Shown here piece by piece: positions 48,388 to 56,724 of a stretch of 64,000 nucleotides of DNA (position 1 is its first letter; every line of letters starts with the position of its first letter). Source of the DNA: a virus. The DNA lies in IMG/VR virus record IMGVR_UViG_3300037258_000375, positions 1-64,000 of that record. The stretch is one strand, 5' to 3'. A model generated the notes under the pieces. The model was not told the DNA's origin. It made no database searches and was given only the letters and a program-made list of their open reading frames with translations. A program made the position numbers and the translations under genes.

Positions 48388-48662
48388 AGAGTGTTTTCTT
48401 GATGCTTCTATTGGTCGTTGGATGTGAAGTGACGGACGAATCCAAGGCCATTCACGTGATCGGAACAATAACAGCCGTGGAAAATGACGGCTCCTTCGAT
48501 CTGGAGAATAGCCAGTCCAAAATTATCCATTTCGATAGGTGCTGGGAACAGATCGGCCACTTTGATGTATGGAAAAATGAGCGCGTCGATCTCAATCTGC
48601 AAATCAAGGTAATGAATGGAGGACAGTGCGCCTTTATTGTTTCCTCTACTGATCTGCACTGA
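48381..48662 (+). CDS. Putative lipoprotein
   Basis: Hydrophobic leader ending VVGC. Confidence 0.55.
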   Translation: MLKSVFLMLLLVVGCEVTDESKAIHVIGTITAVENDGSFDLENSQSKIIHFDRCWEQIGHFDVWKNERVDLNLQIKVMNGGQCAFIVSSTDLH

Positions 48663-48664
48663 AA

Positions 48665-49252
48665 GTGAGGATAGCTATGATTAAAAGCTGGAAGCAAGAC
48701 CACGGTATAAGCAACGGCCCTGGAATCATCCTTGTCAATTCCAAGTACGTCCACAACGTCGCGGCGGCGATCCGCGCGGCGTCTTGCTTTGACGTGACTC
48801 GGCTTGTGTGGACGGGCAGCCGCGTCAATCCCGATCTACTCGACCGCCTGCCTCGCGAAGAGAGGATGAAGGGCTACAAAGACATCCTGTGGACACACGA
48901 CGTCAAGGACCGGCCCTTTGATTTATTCTCGCCTCGCGTCGTTCCGGTGTGCGTGGAGTTGCTCGAAAACTCCGAACCGCTCACAACCTTCGAACACCCT
49001 GATAACGCTGTGTACGTGTTCGGACCTGAAGATGGGGGAGTGCCGCAAGTGCTGCGCCGCTTCTGCCATCGCTTCGTTCACATTCAATCGAACCACTGCC
49101 TCAATCTTTCGGCAGCGGTGAATGTGGTTCTTCATGACAGAAAGTCTAAACGGCAGATCGCGGGCCTTGAGCCCATCTTGCCAACCGGCGAAATGCTCAA
49201 TGAACACAGAGGCCCGATGGAGATTGCCATAGCGGGATGGGATGGGTACTGA
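48665..49252 (+). CDS. SpoU/TrmH-family RNA methyltransferase
   Basis: NVAAAIRAASCF, VYVFGPEDGG, CLNLSAAVNVVLHDR (SPOUT motifs 1-3). Confidence 0.88.
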   Translation: MRIAMIKSWKQDHGISNGPGIILVNSKYVHNVAAAIRAASCFDVTRLVWTGSRVNPDLLDRLPREERMKGYKDILWTHDVKDRPFDLFSPRVVPVCVELLENSEPLTTFEHPDNAVYVFGPEDGGVPQVLRRFCHRFVHIQSNHCLNLSAAVNVVLHDRKSKRQIAGLEPILPTGEMLNEHRGPMEIAIAGWDGY

Positions 49253-49432
49253 ATGCTGACCAAATTCTGGACGGTATGCAAACCATGCAACGGACGCGGT
49301 GAAGTCAATCCAAACTCTCCACATGCGCGCAAGCCGCCGAAGATGACCGGAGAGATTACGGATCGCACCACGAGCGTTTGTAAGAAGTGCTCCGGGTGCG
49401 GGATGCAGTGGAATATGACGAGGGGGAAATGA
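49253..49432 (+). CDS. Small CxxCxGxG protein
   Basis: CKPCNGRG...CKKCSGCG. Confidence 0.55.
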   Translation: MLTKFWTVCKPCNGRGEVNPNSPHARKPPKMTGEITDRTTSVCKKCSGCGMQWNMTRGK

Positions 49433-49668
49433 TGAGAACTTGGTGGATTGCTCCTGGTGACAATGAAAAAGTGATGCGCGGTGACGAGGTGATCGCTACC
49501 ATCACAACAATGAAAAGCGGGAACTATCGCTGGGACGGAATGAATATGTATCGTGAAAACTTCTTAATGAAGGACCATATCTTGGAGGACGTCAAGTATT
49601 TTTACCGCTACCCGCACCGTCGCAAAACTGTCATCACATTTAAGAGCGGCAGAAAGGTCGTGCTCTGA
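49429..49668 (+). CDS. Hypothetical protein
   Basis: ATGA overlap. Confidence 0.5.
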   Translation: MMRTWWIAPGDNEKVMRGDEVIATITTMKSGNYRWDGMNMYRENFLMKDHILEDVKYFYRYPHRRKTVITFKSGRKVVL

Positions 49669-49886
49669 TGAGCGACCGCTGGTATAAGAATCACCGCCTG
49701 GAGTGGATCGCCGAGATGCTCCGCATTTATGGCTTCATCAACCGCGAGCACGTGATGCGGAAGTTTGGCATCTCGACACCGCAAGCTTCGAAAGACCTGA
49801 ACGACTTTCAGAAGAAGAATCCGAACGCGGTGAGTTACGATCTTAGCGTTAAGAAATTTATTGCTCGGGATGGACGGAAGATATGA
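49668..49886 (+). CDS. Stand-alone winged-helix protein resembling the N-domain of CapW/WYL regulators
   Basis: RLEWIA...GFINREHVMRKFGISTPQASKDL...YD.S.K. Confidence 0.7.
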   Translation: MSDRWYKNHRLEWIAEMLRIYGFINREHVMRKFGISTPQASKDLNDFQKKNPNAVSYDLSVKKFIARDGRKI

Positions 49887-50581
49887 CTGCATCGAATGAA
49901 TCCGAAGTTTACCGCGCGGTCTGTTACATGCGCTGCTCAGGCGATGGCCAGATTCTCGGAGACACCTGGGAACGCCAGCGCGAGGTGATCTTCAAACACG
50001 CCTTGGCGAACGACTTTGACGTGGTTGAGGAGTTCCGAGACGAGGGTGTCACCGGCAAGATGGAACTGGAGAATCGCGCAGGGCTGTCCGCTTGTATGCA
50101 GTTCATCCAGGCGAACAGCATCAAGTTGGTCTTGGTCGAGTCCAGCGACCGGCTCGCCCGCGACATGATCGTGGCTGAGGTCATCGTGCGCGAGTTCCAG
50201 AAGATCGGCGTCAAGGTGATCGCGGCCTCGGGGGGTGTGGACCTCACCGCAGGCGACGATCTGAATCCAACCGCCAAGCTGATCCGGCAAATCCTCGCCG
50301 CAATCGCCGAGTTCGACCGCTGTGTCACCGTGCTCAAGCTGCGCGGCGCGCGCGAGCGCATCCGAAGCAAGAACGGGAAGTGTGAAGGCCAGCACGCCTT
50401 CGGCGAGAAGCCCGAAGAGCATGAGACCATGGAAGCGATTAGAAATTTCCGCGCCATCGGATGGACCTGTAAGACGATTGCCGACACCCTCAATGAGCGT
50501 TCTTTCCGGACCCGCTCCGGACGGCCTTGGCACCGATCCACGGTCGCGAAGATTCTCGCGCGTAAAGCTACCACCAACTAA
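49883..50581 (+). CDS. Serine recombinase (resolvase catalytic domain plus recombinase HTH)
   Basis: YMRCS catalytic Ser, DEGVTG, SSDRLAR, C-terminal IADTLN...TRSGRPWHRSTV. Confidence 0.9.
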   Translation: MTASNESEVYRAVCYMRCSGDGQILGDTWERQREVIFKHALANDFDVVEEFRDEGVTGKMELENRAGLSACMQFIQANSIKLVLVESSDRLARDMIVAEVIVREFQKIGVKVIAASGGVDLTAGDDLNPTAKLIRQILAAIAEFDRCVTVLKLRGARERIRSKNGKCEGQHAFGEKPEEHETMEAIRNFRAIGWTCKTIADTLNERSFRTRSGRPWHRSTVAKILARKATTN

Positions 50582-51245
50582 TCTTCAGATTGCTTACCAG
50601 GATCGACCAAGGCGCGCCAGCCGGTAGACTTCCCAATTGCACCTGGACGTACACGCCCGGAGTCCAGTTGCTGGCCGTGGCGGGCATGTTGCCCAGCGAC
50701 GTCGGAACCTGGGACACCATCTTGTCGCACTCGTAGCTCACCACAGAGCAAGTCTTCGCTGTGAGGTTGAACGAGTACGCCCACTTCACTTTGTGCTGCA
50801 CGTTCGGCTTGAGCGCACCCAAGAGCAGCCCGGTCGAGGTCCAGTTCCCGATGTCGATCTGGCCGGTCGCCACGTGGCGCTGGCCGCTCAGGTTGTACTT
50901 CATCCCACCCGTGACAATCAGGAGATCGGTCTCGATCACGTTCGCGTTGGTCGGGGTACCGGCGTCGATATCCAGGCCGTACGACAGAGACACATTGCCG
51001 GTGTTGACAGGAATCTGCCGAGGCTCGGCCACGCCGTTGAGCACACCGGCCTGCGCCGGGTAAAACTCGACGGCAGGGTACGACCCAGGCTGGCTGTTTC
51101 CCGAGGTCCAGCAGAGCAGGGTGGTTTTCTTGGCGGGCACTAGACGGGACCCGTAGGCGAGAGGGGGAACGCCCCCTATCGGGGTCGCCGCAGTGTTGAC
51201 ATGGACACCCCACAAAGTGGTCGGATCGAGCCGGTCGATGAGCAT
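50568..51245 (-). CDS. Beta-sandwich hypothetical protein
   Basis: 225 aa, high GC3, AGGAG SD. Confidence 0.65.
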   Translation of the reverse strand: MLIDRLDPTTLWGVHVNTAATPIGGVPPLAYGSRLVPAKKTTLLCWTSGNSQPGSYPAVEFYPAQAGVLNGVAEPRQIPVNTGNVSLSYGLDIDAGTPTNANVIETDLLIVTGGMKYNLSGQRHVATGQIDIGNWTSTGLLLGALKPNVQHKVKWAYSFNLTAKTCSVVSYECDKMVSQVPTSLGNMPATASNWTPGVYVQVQLGSLPAGAPWSILVSNLKISWW

Positions 51246-51409
51246 AAAGTCTCCTGGACTTTATGATGCACCCAAATCGATCCAAAAACACCCTAAAAGC
51301 GACCGTGGAGCGGCACATGAACTGCGCTTACTCTGCGCTTTTCGACCCCGTTTCGCCGAAGAGACGTGTATGTCACCTGTAAAGCTATCTACGTGTAATT
51401 TCTATCGCT

Positions 51410-51904
51410 TCACTCCGGGAACAGGCCGTACTTTGGCTCTGTGGAAAGCAGCCCGCTCGACGCTTTTCGCAACTCTTCAGTCGGAACGTCGAAAAAGCTC
51501 TGCTTTCCGGCCCACGGGATGGGGTTTCTGAGCTTGATTGGATCGCGCAGAACAAACGCATAGCGGAGCTTTCTGTCGTCTCCATATTGCCGGTAGTCGC
51601 CCCACACGATCTGCCATGGTTCCCTCGCCGGAGCGACGTCGCAAGCGGGCTGGCAACGCACGAGATCGACGGTGCCGATGATGCACCCAAAGGGTAGCTG
51701 AGACCACTTCATACCCAGCATCGTGAGCTTCGGCTCGTAGAACGCGCGAGTGCTTTTGTCCTGGTGCTTGGCCGCGTGGATCGCGATCCGGCCCCGGACG
51801 GCGGTCGGCCAGCCGCGCGTTTCGTCCGGCTTTACCATCCGGCCCTGGTCGTCTTTCTCGAAGATGACGGACGCCCACGGCTGCCATAAGCTGAGGCACT
51901 TCAT
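51410..51904 (-). CDS. ASCH domain protein
   Basis: CLSLWQPWAS...ETRGW...RGRIAIHA...GKQSFF. Confidence 0.85.
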   Translation of the reverse strand: MKCLSLWQPWASVIFEKDDQGRMVKPDETRGWPTAVRGRIAIHAAKHQDKSTRAFYEPKLTMLGMKWSQLPFGCIIGTVDLVRCQPACDVAPAREPWQIVWGDYRQYGDDRKLRYAFVLRDPIKLRNPIPWAGKQSFFDVPTEELRKASSGLLSTEPKYGLFPE

Positions 51905-51914
51905 ATCAGGCTCC

Positions 51915-52679
51915 TCACGTTTTCCGACTCCACCGCTGGATGGGATTGATTAGCTCGATGTCGTCCGGAATTCTTTTGCCGAGGTAGAGCGCTTCGTCTG
52001 TGCGCGCATAATCCGTAATGGGGATCGGCGTACAGTGTGGAAAGGTGCCAACCGCCGCGATGATCTTAAAGTGGTTTTTGAGCGTCTCTCGCGCCTTCTC
52101 TGAAATCTGGAACCAGTCATCAACCATAACCTCTTGACCGCATCCTCGGAGGCTGTGAAGCTCCTCACTCCCGACGAAGTCAAGGCGGGCGAACTGATGG
52201 GGGCGTCCTTCGCGGAGACGGCGGCGGGCAGCTTCGGCGATGATGTTCTCTTTGTGCGGAGAGATGATCGTGATGTGGCTCTGCGTTTGACTTGCGACCT
52301 CTTCCGCGCTATCGAACAAGGCGGTGGTCTTTCCACTGCGGCGCTCGCAGTGCAGAACTGTTCCCTGCCGAAACGCGTCACGCATCATGCCGGTGCGTAT
52401 TGTCACAAGCTCAGGCGAGGGGCTTGTGCAAGATCGCATGTGATCGTCCAGCCTGTCGATGATATTGTGCGCGTACGTATGGAACCGCCGTGCATACTCC
52501 ACGAACATCTCGCGCGCAACTTCGACCGGGATCGCGTCACATCTATGCTGCGCTTGCTCCTCGTAACTGTTGAGCATCCGGTTAAAGTGTTCTTCATCTG
52601 GATCGCGGCGTCGCGAAAGAGGAAGCATCGCTGGCTCAAATTTCTCGAACGGGCTTATTGAAAAATACTCCATTTGCAA
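51915..52679 (-). CDS. Hypothetical protein with a P-loop-like motif
   Basis: ERRSGKTT...VMVDD. Confidence 0.55.
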   Translation of the reverse strand: MQMEYFSISPFEKFEPAMLPLSRRRDPDEEHFNRMLNSYEEQAQHRCDAIPVEVAREMFVEYARRFHTYAHNIIDRLDDHMRSCTSPSPELVTIRTGMMRDAFRQGTVLHCERRSGKTTALFDSAEEVASQTQSHITIISPHKENIIAEAARRRLREGRPHQFARLDFVGSEELHSLRGCGQEVMVDDWFQISEKARETLKNHFKIIAAVGTFPHCTPIPITDYARTDEALYLGKRIPDDIELINPIQRWSRKT

Positions 52680-52723
52680 TTATGGAACTATCGAGGTCGC
52701 CGATTTTCAAGCAGTCCTCTTGT

Positions 52724-53260
52724 TTATGCCCCGCGCGAAACAGTGAGAGAATCAATTTCGCCGAATAGTTCATATATATCATCCCAGTCTGGTGGATCGT
52801 AATCTTCTTTCTCCTCGTTCCATTTACCGCAAAACGGATTCACGCTCACTGATGTGCAGTGCAAACCAATCCCCGGTACATCCGGATTCGACAAGAAAAG
52901 CTCTCGCAGCGCTGGCCAGTGATTGACATTATCCGATGGAATCGAAAAGTCTTCGAGAAATACCTTGATCGCGTCGGCCATGCGCGGGTAGTCCTTCTTC
53001 GCGACATAAGCACGATCAAAGGTAAGCATGAAAACGGCTTTGTGCTCCGTTTTTACGCGCGGGTCTTTCCAGAGATTCCACAAGGTGTCCCCGAGTTGCA
53101 TGTAGCCCTTGTTCGGGTGGTCATAAGACCTCGTTACGCTCAGATAGCGAGCGGCCATCAGTTCCCAAATTATCGGAGCCGACCCCCAGCTATTGCCGTA
53201 TTCATCCAGCACGTCCACCCTATCTCCTGGATAAACTGCTATAACATCCGTCTGGCTCAT
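52724..53260 (-). CDS. Hypothetical protein
   Basis: GGAG SD, ATGA overlap. Confidence 0.65.
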   Translation of the reverse strand: MSQTDVIAVYPGDRVDVLDEYGNSWGSAPIIWELMAARYLSVTRSYDHPNKGYMQLGDTLWNLWKDPRVKTEHKAVFMLTFDRAYVAKKDYPRMADAIKVFLEDFSIPSDNVNHWPALRELFLSNPDVPGIGLHCTSVSVNPFCGKWNEEKEDYDPPDWDDIYELFGEIDSLTVSRGA

Positions 53261-53493
53261 GTCGTCATCTCCCCGAGCTTCTCCTTCGTCTCGTTGAACT
53301 GCTTTCTGTTGTAGAGCAGCAGACAAGCTATAAGCTCTCCGGTTACGAGGCTGCCAACCACATCCCCGGCAATGCCCATCGTGACCTGGGTGCCCAAGCG
53401 GCACTTCGTCGCTTGCACAACGTCTACGCCAAGGCGGATGTCCAGATTATCGTCGGCCATCTTTTTCAGTACATCGAAACTGTTCACTGGCAT
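53257..53493 (-). CDS. Hypothetical protein
   Basis: GGAGG SD. Confidence 0.65.
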   Translation of the reverse strand: MPVNSFDVLKKMADDNLDIRLGVDVVQATKCRLGTQVTMGIAGDVVGSLVTGELIACLLLYNRKQFNETKEKLGEMTT

Positions 53494-53505
53494 CCTATTC
53501 CTCCG

Positions 53506-53706
53506 TCAGAGCCCGAGCGTCTTCCCAGCGTACGGCTCTTTCTTGTCTTCTGACTCTTCATCGTTCACGTGAATATCTTCAAAATACGTGGCCACGCACT
53601 TGATGATTCCAATGACCAAACAGAGCGTGAAAATCGCGGCTGGGAATAACAGTTCCCAAGCGATCCGAACCTCGATATATTCACGCCAAGTGATTGCGTG
53701 ATCCAC
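53506..53706 (-). CDS. Small membrane protein
   Basis: One TM helix. Confidence 0.5.
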   Translation of the reverse strand: MDHAITWREYIEVRIAWELLFPAAIFTLCLVIGIIKCVATYFEDIHVNDEESEDKKEPYAGKTLGL

Positions 53707-54178
53707 TCAGACTCCTGGGCGGTGGTCGTAGCCCCGCTTTACGTTCGTCGCGAAATCTTTGTTGCTTTTGCCGCTCACACTCTCTACATCTACGTGATCC
53801 TTTTCGCGAGTCGATTATTAGATTCTCTCCCTCATAGGGATGACCGCGTGGACAGTGAGTTTTTCTGCTCTCTTTATTGTTTGTCACTAGGTCAGCATTA
53901 AGAGCCTGCTCCCGAGGAGTTGCCCACCGACAGTTTTCAGCGGTGTAATCTCCATTATTGTTTTCACGATCTAATGTCTTCCCTGGTGGTCGTTCGCCCA
54001 TGTCTGCATAAAAATTCGCGAAACTGTTCTGCCAGCGTTCACAAATCTTTATCCCACGTCCGCCATAGCGCGGGTATTTGTGGGATTTTGAATTGAGGCA
54101 TCGTTCTTTCATTGCGCGCCACGAACGATACGTCCGCGTTTCTCCCTGCTTTCGCGTGCTGTGCCCATGTTTCTTCAT
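53681..54178 (-). CDS. HNH-type homing endonuclease
   Basis: YRSWRAMKERC...YGGRGIKIC.RW...TLDRENNNGDY...NCRWAT; C-terminal KTHCPRGH Zn-finger. Confidence 0.85.
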   Translation of the reverse strand: MKKHGHSTRKQGETRTYRSWRAMKERCLNSKSHKYPRYGGRGIKICERWQNSFANFYADMGERPPGKTLDRENNNGDYTAENCRWATPREQALNADLVTNNKESRKTHCPRGHPYEGENLIIDSRKGSRRCRECERQKQQRFRDERKAGLRPPPRSLSGSRNHLA

Positions 54179-54945
54179 ATTGCCGACATCGGATCATCAA
54201 GTGTATGCTGCTGAGCGCGTTTCCAAAAGTCATGCTCATCTGCCCTGATAGCCAATAAGTCCGCCAACACTTGGTCTGATGGCGGATATACGCCCACGTG
54301 GGTGCCTTGATACCAGCCGAGACAATGGGAACACAAGGCTGCGAGAAAATGGAAATAGACCTTGTCCGCTTTTTTCTCCGGCTTCAGCGCGAGAGTGGGA
54401 AGGCCCTTGCGCAGGCAGTACATCACGCCAGAGCGCTTGCTCTTCTCCAGAAAGGCCCCGGCGAGAATGTAGCTGTCATGCTGCACTTCGTTGAGACGCC
54501 GGAGCAGTGCGCCCATGGCCTTCCACTCCGCAACGGGCTTTACCGCTCCGGCTTGGCAGATCATCGAAGTGATGTACATGTCGAGACGTTCGTTTGTGGT
54601 CACGAACTTCTCCACGATTGCGCCCTTCGAATGCTTCGCCACCGCGATTGTTTTTGGCCGCGTCGTCCAGACATTCACGACCATAGGCGAGTCGTCCTGC
54701 TCATCGACGTCCGAGGTGGAGCACACGCGCACTTCAGGAACGCCATTCATCGAGACAGGCACATCGTGACCGTGCTTGTCGGCAAGCGGGCAGCCCTTCG
54801 CAAGAACGATCTTGCGATCCTGGTCGAAGATGCTCACGATGGGCACGCCGTGGTGCCAGCCGCGCGCTTTGCAGAGTTCATGCACGCCGGATCGGAGAGA
54901 TTCCCAGGTGAGTTCTCCCTTGATGGGCAGTAGGTCTGTGGCCAT
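54175..54945 (-). CDS. Partner protein A of the Gly-Gly module (LCxH...PxxD...DE)
   Basis: C-terminal domain aligns with 61768..62421. Confidence 0.7.
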   Translation of the reverse strand: MATDLLPIKGELTWESLRSGVHELCKARGWHHGVPIVSIFDQDRKIVLAKGCPLADKHGHDVPVSMNGVPEVRVCSTSDVDEQDDSPMVVNVWTTRPKTIAVAKHSKGAIVEKFVTTNERLDMYITSMICQAGAVKPVAEWKAMGALLRRLNEVQHDSYILAGAFLEKSKRSGVMYCLRKGLPTLALKPEKKADKVYFHFLAALCSHCLGWYQGTHVGVYPPSDQVLADLLAIRADEHDFWKRAQQHTLDDPMSAI

Positions 54946-54946
54946 A

Positions 54947-55312
54947 CTATCCTCCACTTCGCGGCGCAATCGCCACCGTTCGTCCAGATTCCGGACTCAC
55001 TCTCCCATACGATGCCCTACGTGGCAGCCCCTTCGGCCTGCCACGGCCTTTCTTGCGAGGCACTGTCTCCACGGCTTCATCGGGAGTTTCCTGTGTGTCC
55101 AGGCGAATCATGAGCTTGTTCGTCACCGGATCGTAGCCCAACACCCTGTACGTGTGAGTCACATCGCCGATTTCCCTTTCGAGAAAGACGGCGGACCCGG
55201 ACTTGATGAGATCGCCGACGAGCTTGGCAGCTTGCTTGCGGCCATCCTCGTTCGTTGTGTCGATCTCTGAGTTGTCATCGCCGGAAAAGCTATTGAGGAT
55301 TTGGATATTCAT
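54947..55312 (-). CDS. Small protein A ending in Gly-Gly, with an AT-hook-like insert
   Basis: Ends APRSGG*; contains KGRGRPKG; aligns with 62862..63116. Confidence 0.7.
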   Translation of the reverse strand: MNIQILNSFSGDDNSEIDTTNEDGRKQAAKLVGDLIKSGSAVFLEREIGDVTHTYRVLGYDPVTNKLMIRLDTQETPDEAVETVPRKKGRGRPKGLPRRASYGRVSPESGRTVAIAPRSGG

Positions 55313-56445
55313 ATGACCACCTCTGAGTACAACACCCGTTCTATCGCGCTCGGTCCATGTGCCGTGATGGCCACAGGCACACGTAGGTTCGCCGCCATCG
55401 AGTAGAGAAAATCAACTTCCGACTCACCGATACGTGGCAGGTAGTCTAGGTGGCTCACTGCGAGGTAATCGACACCGCCGATGATTCGGAGAGCCCGCCG
55501 CGCCATGTTGAAATCGAACTGCCCCACCCGAAACTTTCCCTGAAGCGAGCTATCGGAGTTGTGTAGCTCTGGCAAATCGAGCGCTGGGTCTTCGCTCGGG
55601 AACGGACCGGCACCGTGGCGCGTGTAATAGCTGCGCAGGCAGCCGACGCGGGTACGCTCTTTGACTTTCGCTTCATCGAGAAGTGTATTCGCATTTTCGA
55701 AGGTAGTGTTCGTCCAGGTGTTGTGCGGCGCGGTGCCGTACGTCTCATCGAGCATCACGCCCTGTGCGCCCTCAAAGACCATGCATTCTTCCGGCTTGAA
55801 GTGATCGACGATCTTGGCTGGCCAACTCTCGAAGTCGGCCATGGTCCGGCTGAGAACTGCTATGTCTTTGCTGCGATGAATGACGATGCCCAGTTCTTCC
55901 CGAAGCTTCACGATCTCATCGAGAAGCATATCCGAGATAAATGTGAGCTTACGGCGGAGCGTGACCAGATTCTGCGTGTCACCAGCGTAGGGAACATAGA
56001 GCGGGTGCTTTATCTGCATCTCTCGCGCCACACCGATGCCCATTCCGCAGCTTCCATGTCTTGCATCGCCGCGCGCCATCTCGCGAAGTTGATTGAGATG
56101 CTTATGAAACGGCGTGACCAGGAGCGCTCTCTGATCGACTGTGGTGCGGTCCCATACGTCTCCCGCCAGATTTGAAAGCTCTTCTGCCTCTCGCATCATC
56201 GACACCGGATCGATAACCATGTAGCGCGAGAGAAATGTCTTCACGTGCGGGTTCGCCAGTGTTCCCGCTCCAAACTGCGCGAAGGTGTGGTGGTCTCCCT
56301 CTGGAGTAACCACGTTGTGCGCCGCCTGAGAGCCGCCGTTATAGCGCACCACTAGATCGACCGGATATTCACGACATAATTTATCGACACATGCCCCCTT
56401 GCCTTCGTCTCCGAAGGCAAGTCCTGCCACAAGAAATGCTTTCAT
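55309..56445 (-). CDS. Adenylosuccinate synthetase-like (PurA paralog)
   Basis: GDEGKG, RYNGGSQAAH, HGSCGMGIG, FEGAQG, TRHGAGP. Confidence 0.88.
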   Translation of the reverse strand: MKAFLVAGLAFGDEGKGACVDKLCREYPVDLVVRYNGGSQAAHNVVTPEGDHHTFAQFGAGTLANPHVKTFLSRYMVIDPVSMMREAEELSNLAGDVWDRTTVDQRALLVTPFHKHLNQLREMARGDARHGSCGMGIGVAREMQIKHPLYVPYAGDTQNLVTLRRKLTFISDMLLDEIVKLREELGIVIHRSKDIAVLSRTMADFESWPAKIVDHFKPEECMVFEGAQGVMLDETYGTAPHNTWTNTTFENANTLLDEAKVKERTRVGCLRSYYTRHGAGPFPSEDPALDLPELHNSDSSLQGKFRVGQFDFNMARRALRIIGGVDYLAVSHLDYLPRIGESEVDFLYSMAANLRVPVAITAHGPSAIERVLYSEVVI

Positions 56446-56724
56446 TTATTCCCCCAGGTTCTTTATACACACCGTAAATGCAGTGAGCGGGCGGTTCGGC
56501 CTCCCGTCCGGGCGAAGCGGATGCGTGTCGCTGATCTGACGGTAGAAGGTCATAGCCTGCGCCCCATCGTCGAATCGCTTCGCCTCGGCGAGGTTGAAGG
56601 TCGTAGTGAGATCGCCATGGCCGTCGTGACCGTTAGGGTCGTACGTTTTCACATACGACCCCTCCAGTTCGGACGGCAATGACTCAAGCCCGCCAAGCCG
56701 TTCGATTTGGATAACGGCGCTCAC
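56446..56724 (-). CDS. Hypothetical protein
   Basis: RPDGRPNRPLTAF. Confidence 0.65.
   Translation of the reverse strand: MSAVIQIERLGGLESLPSELEGSYVKTYDPNGHDGHGDLTTTFNLAEAKRFDDGAQAMTFYRQISDTHPLRPDGRPNRPLTAFTVCIKNLGE

Noticed and set aside
55309-56445. PurZ (2-aminoadenine Z-genome) pathway
   Set aside because: The catalytic Asp of GDEGKG is retained (PurZ has Ser there), no dATPase or DNA polymerase partner is seen nearby, and the context is vWA plus J-kinase.
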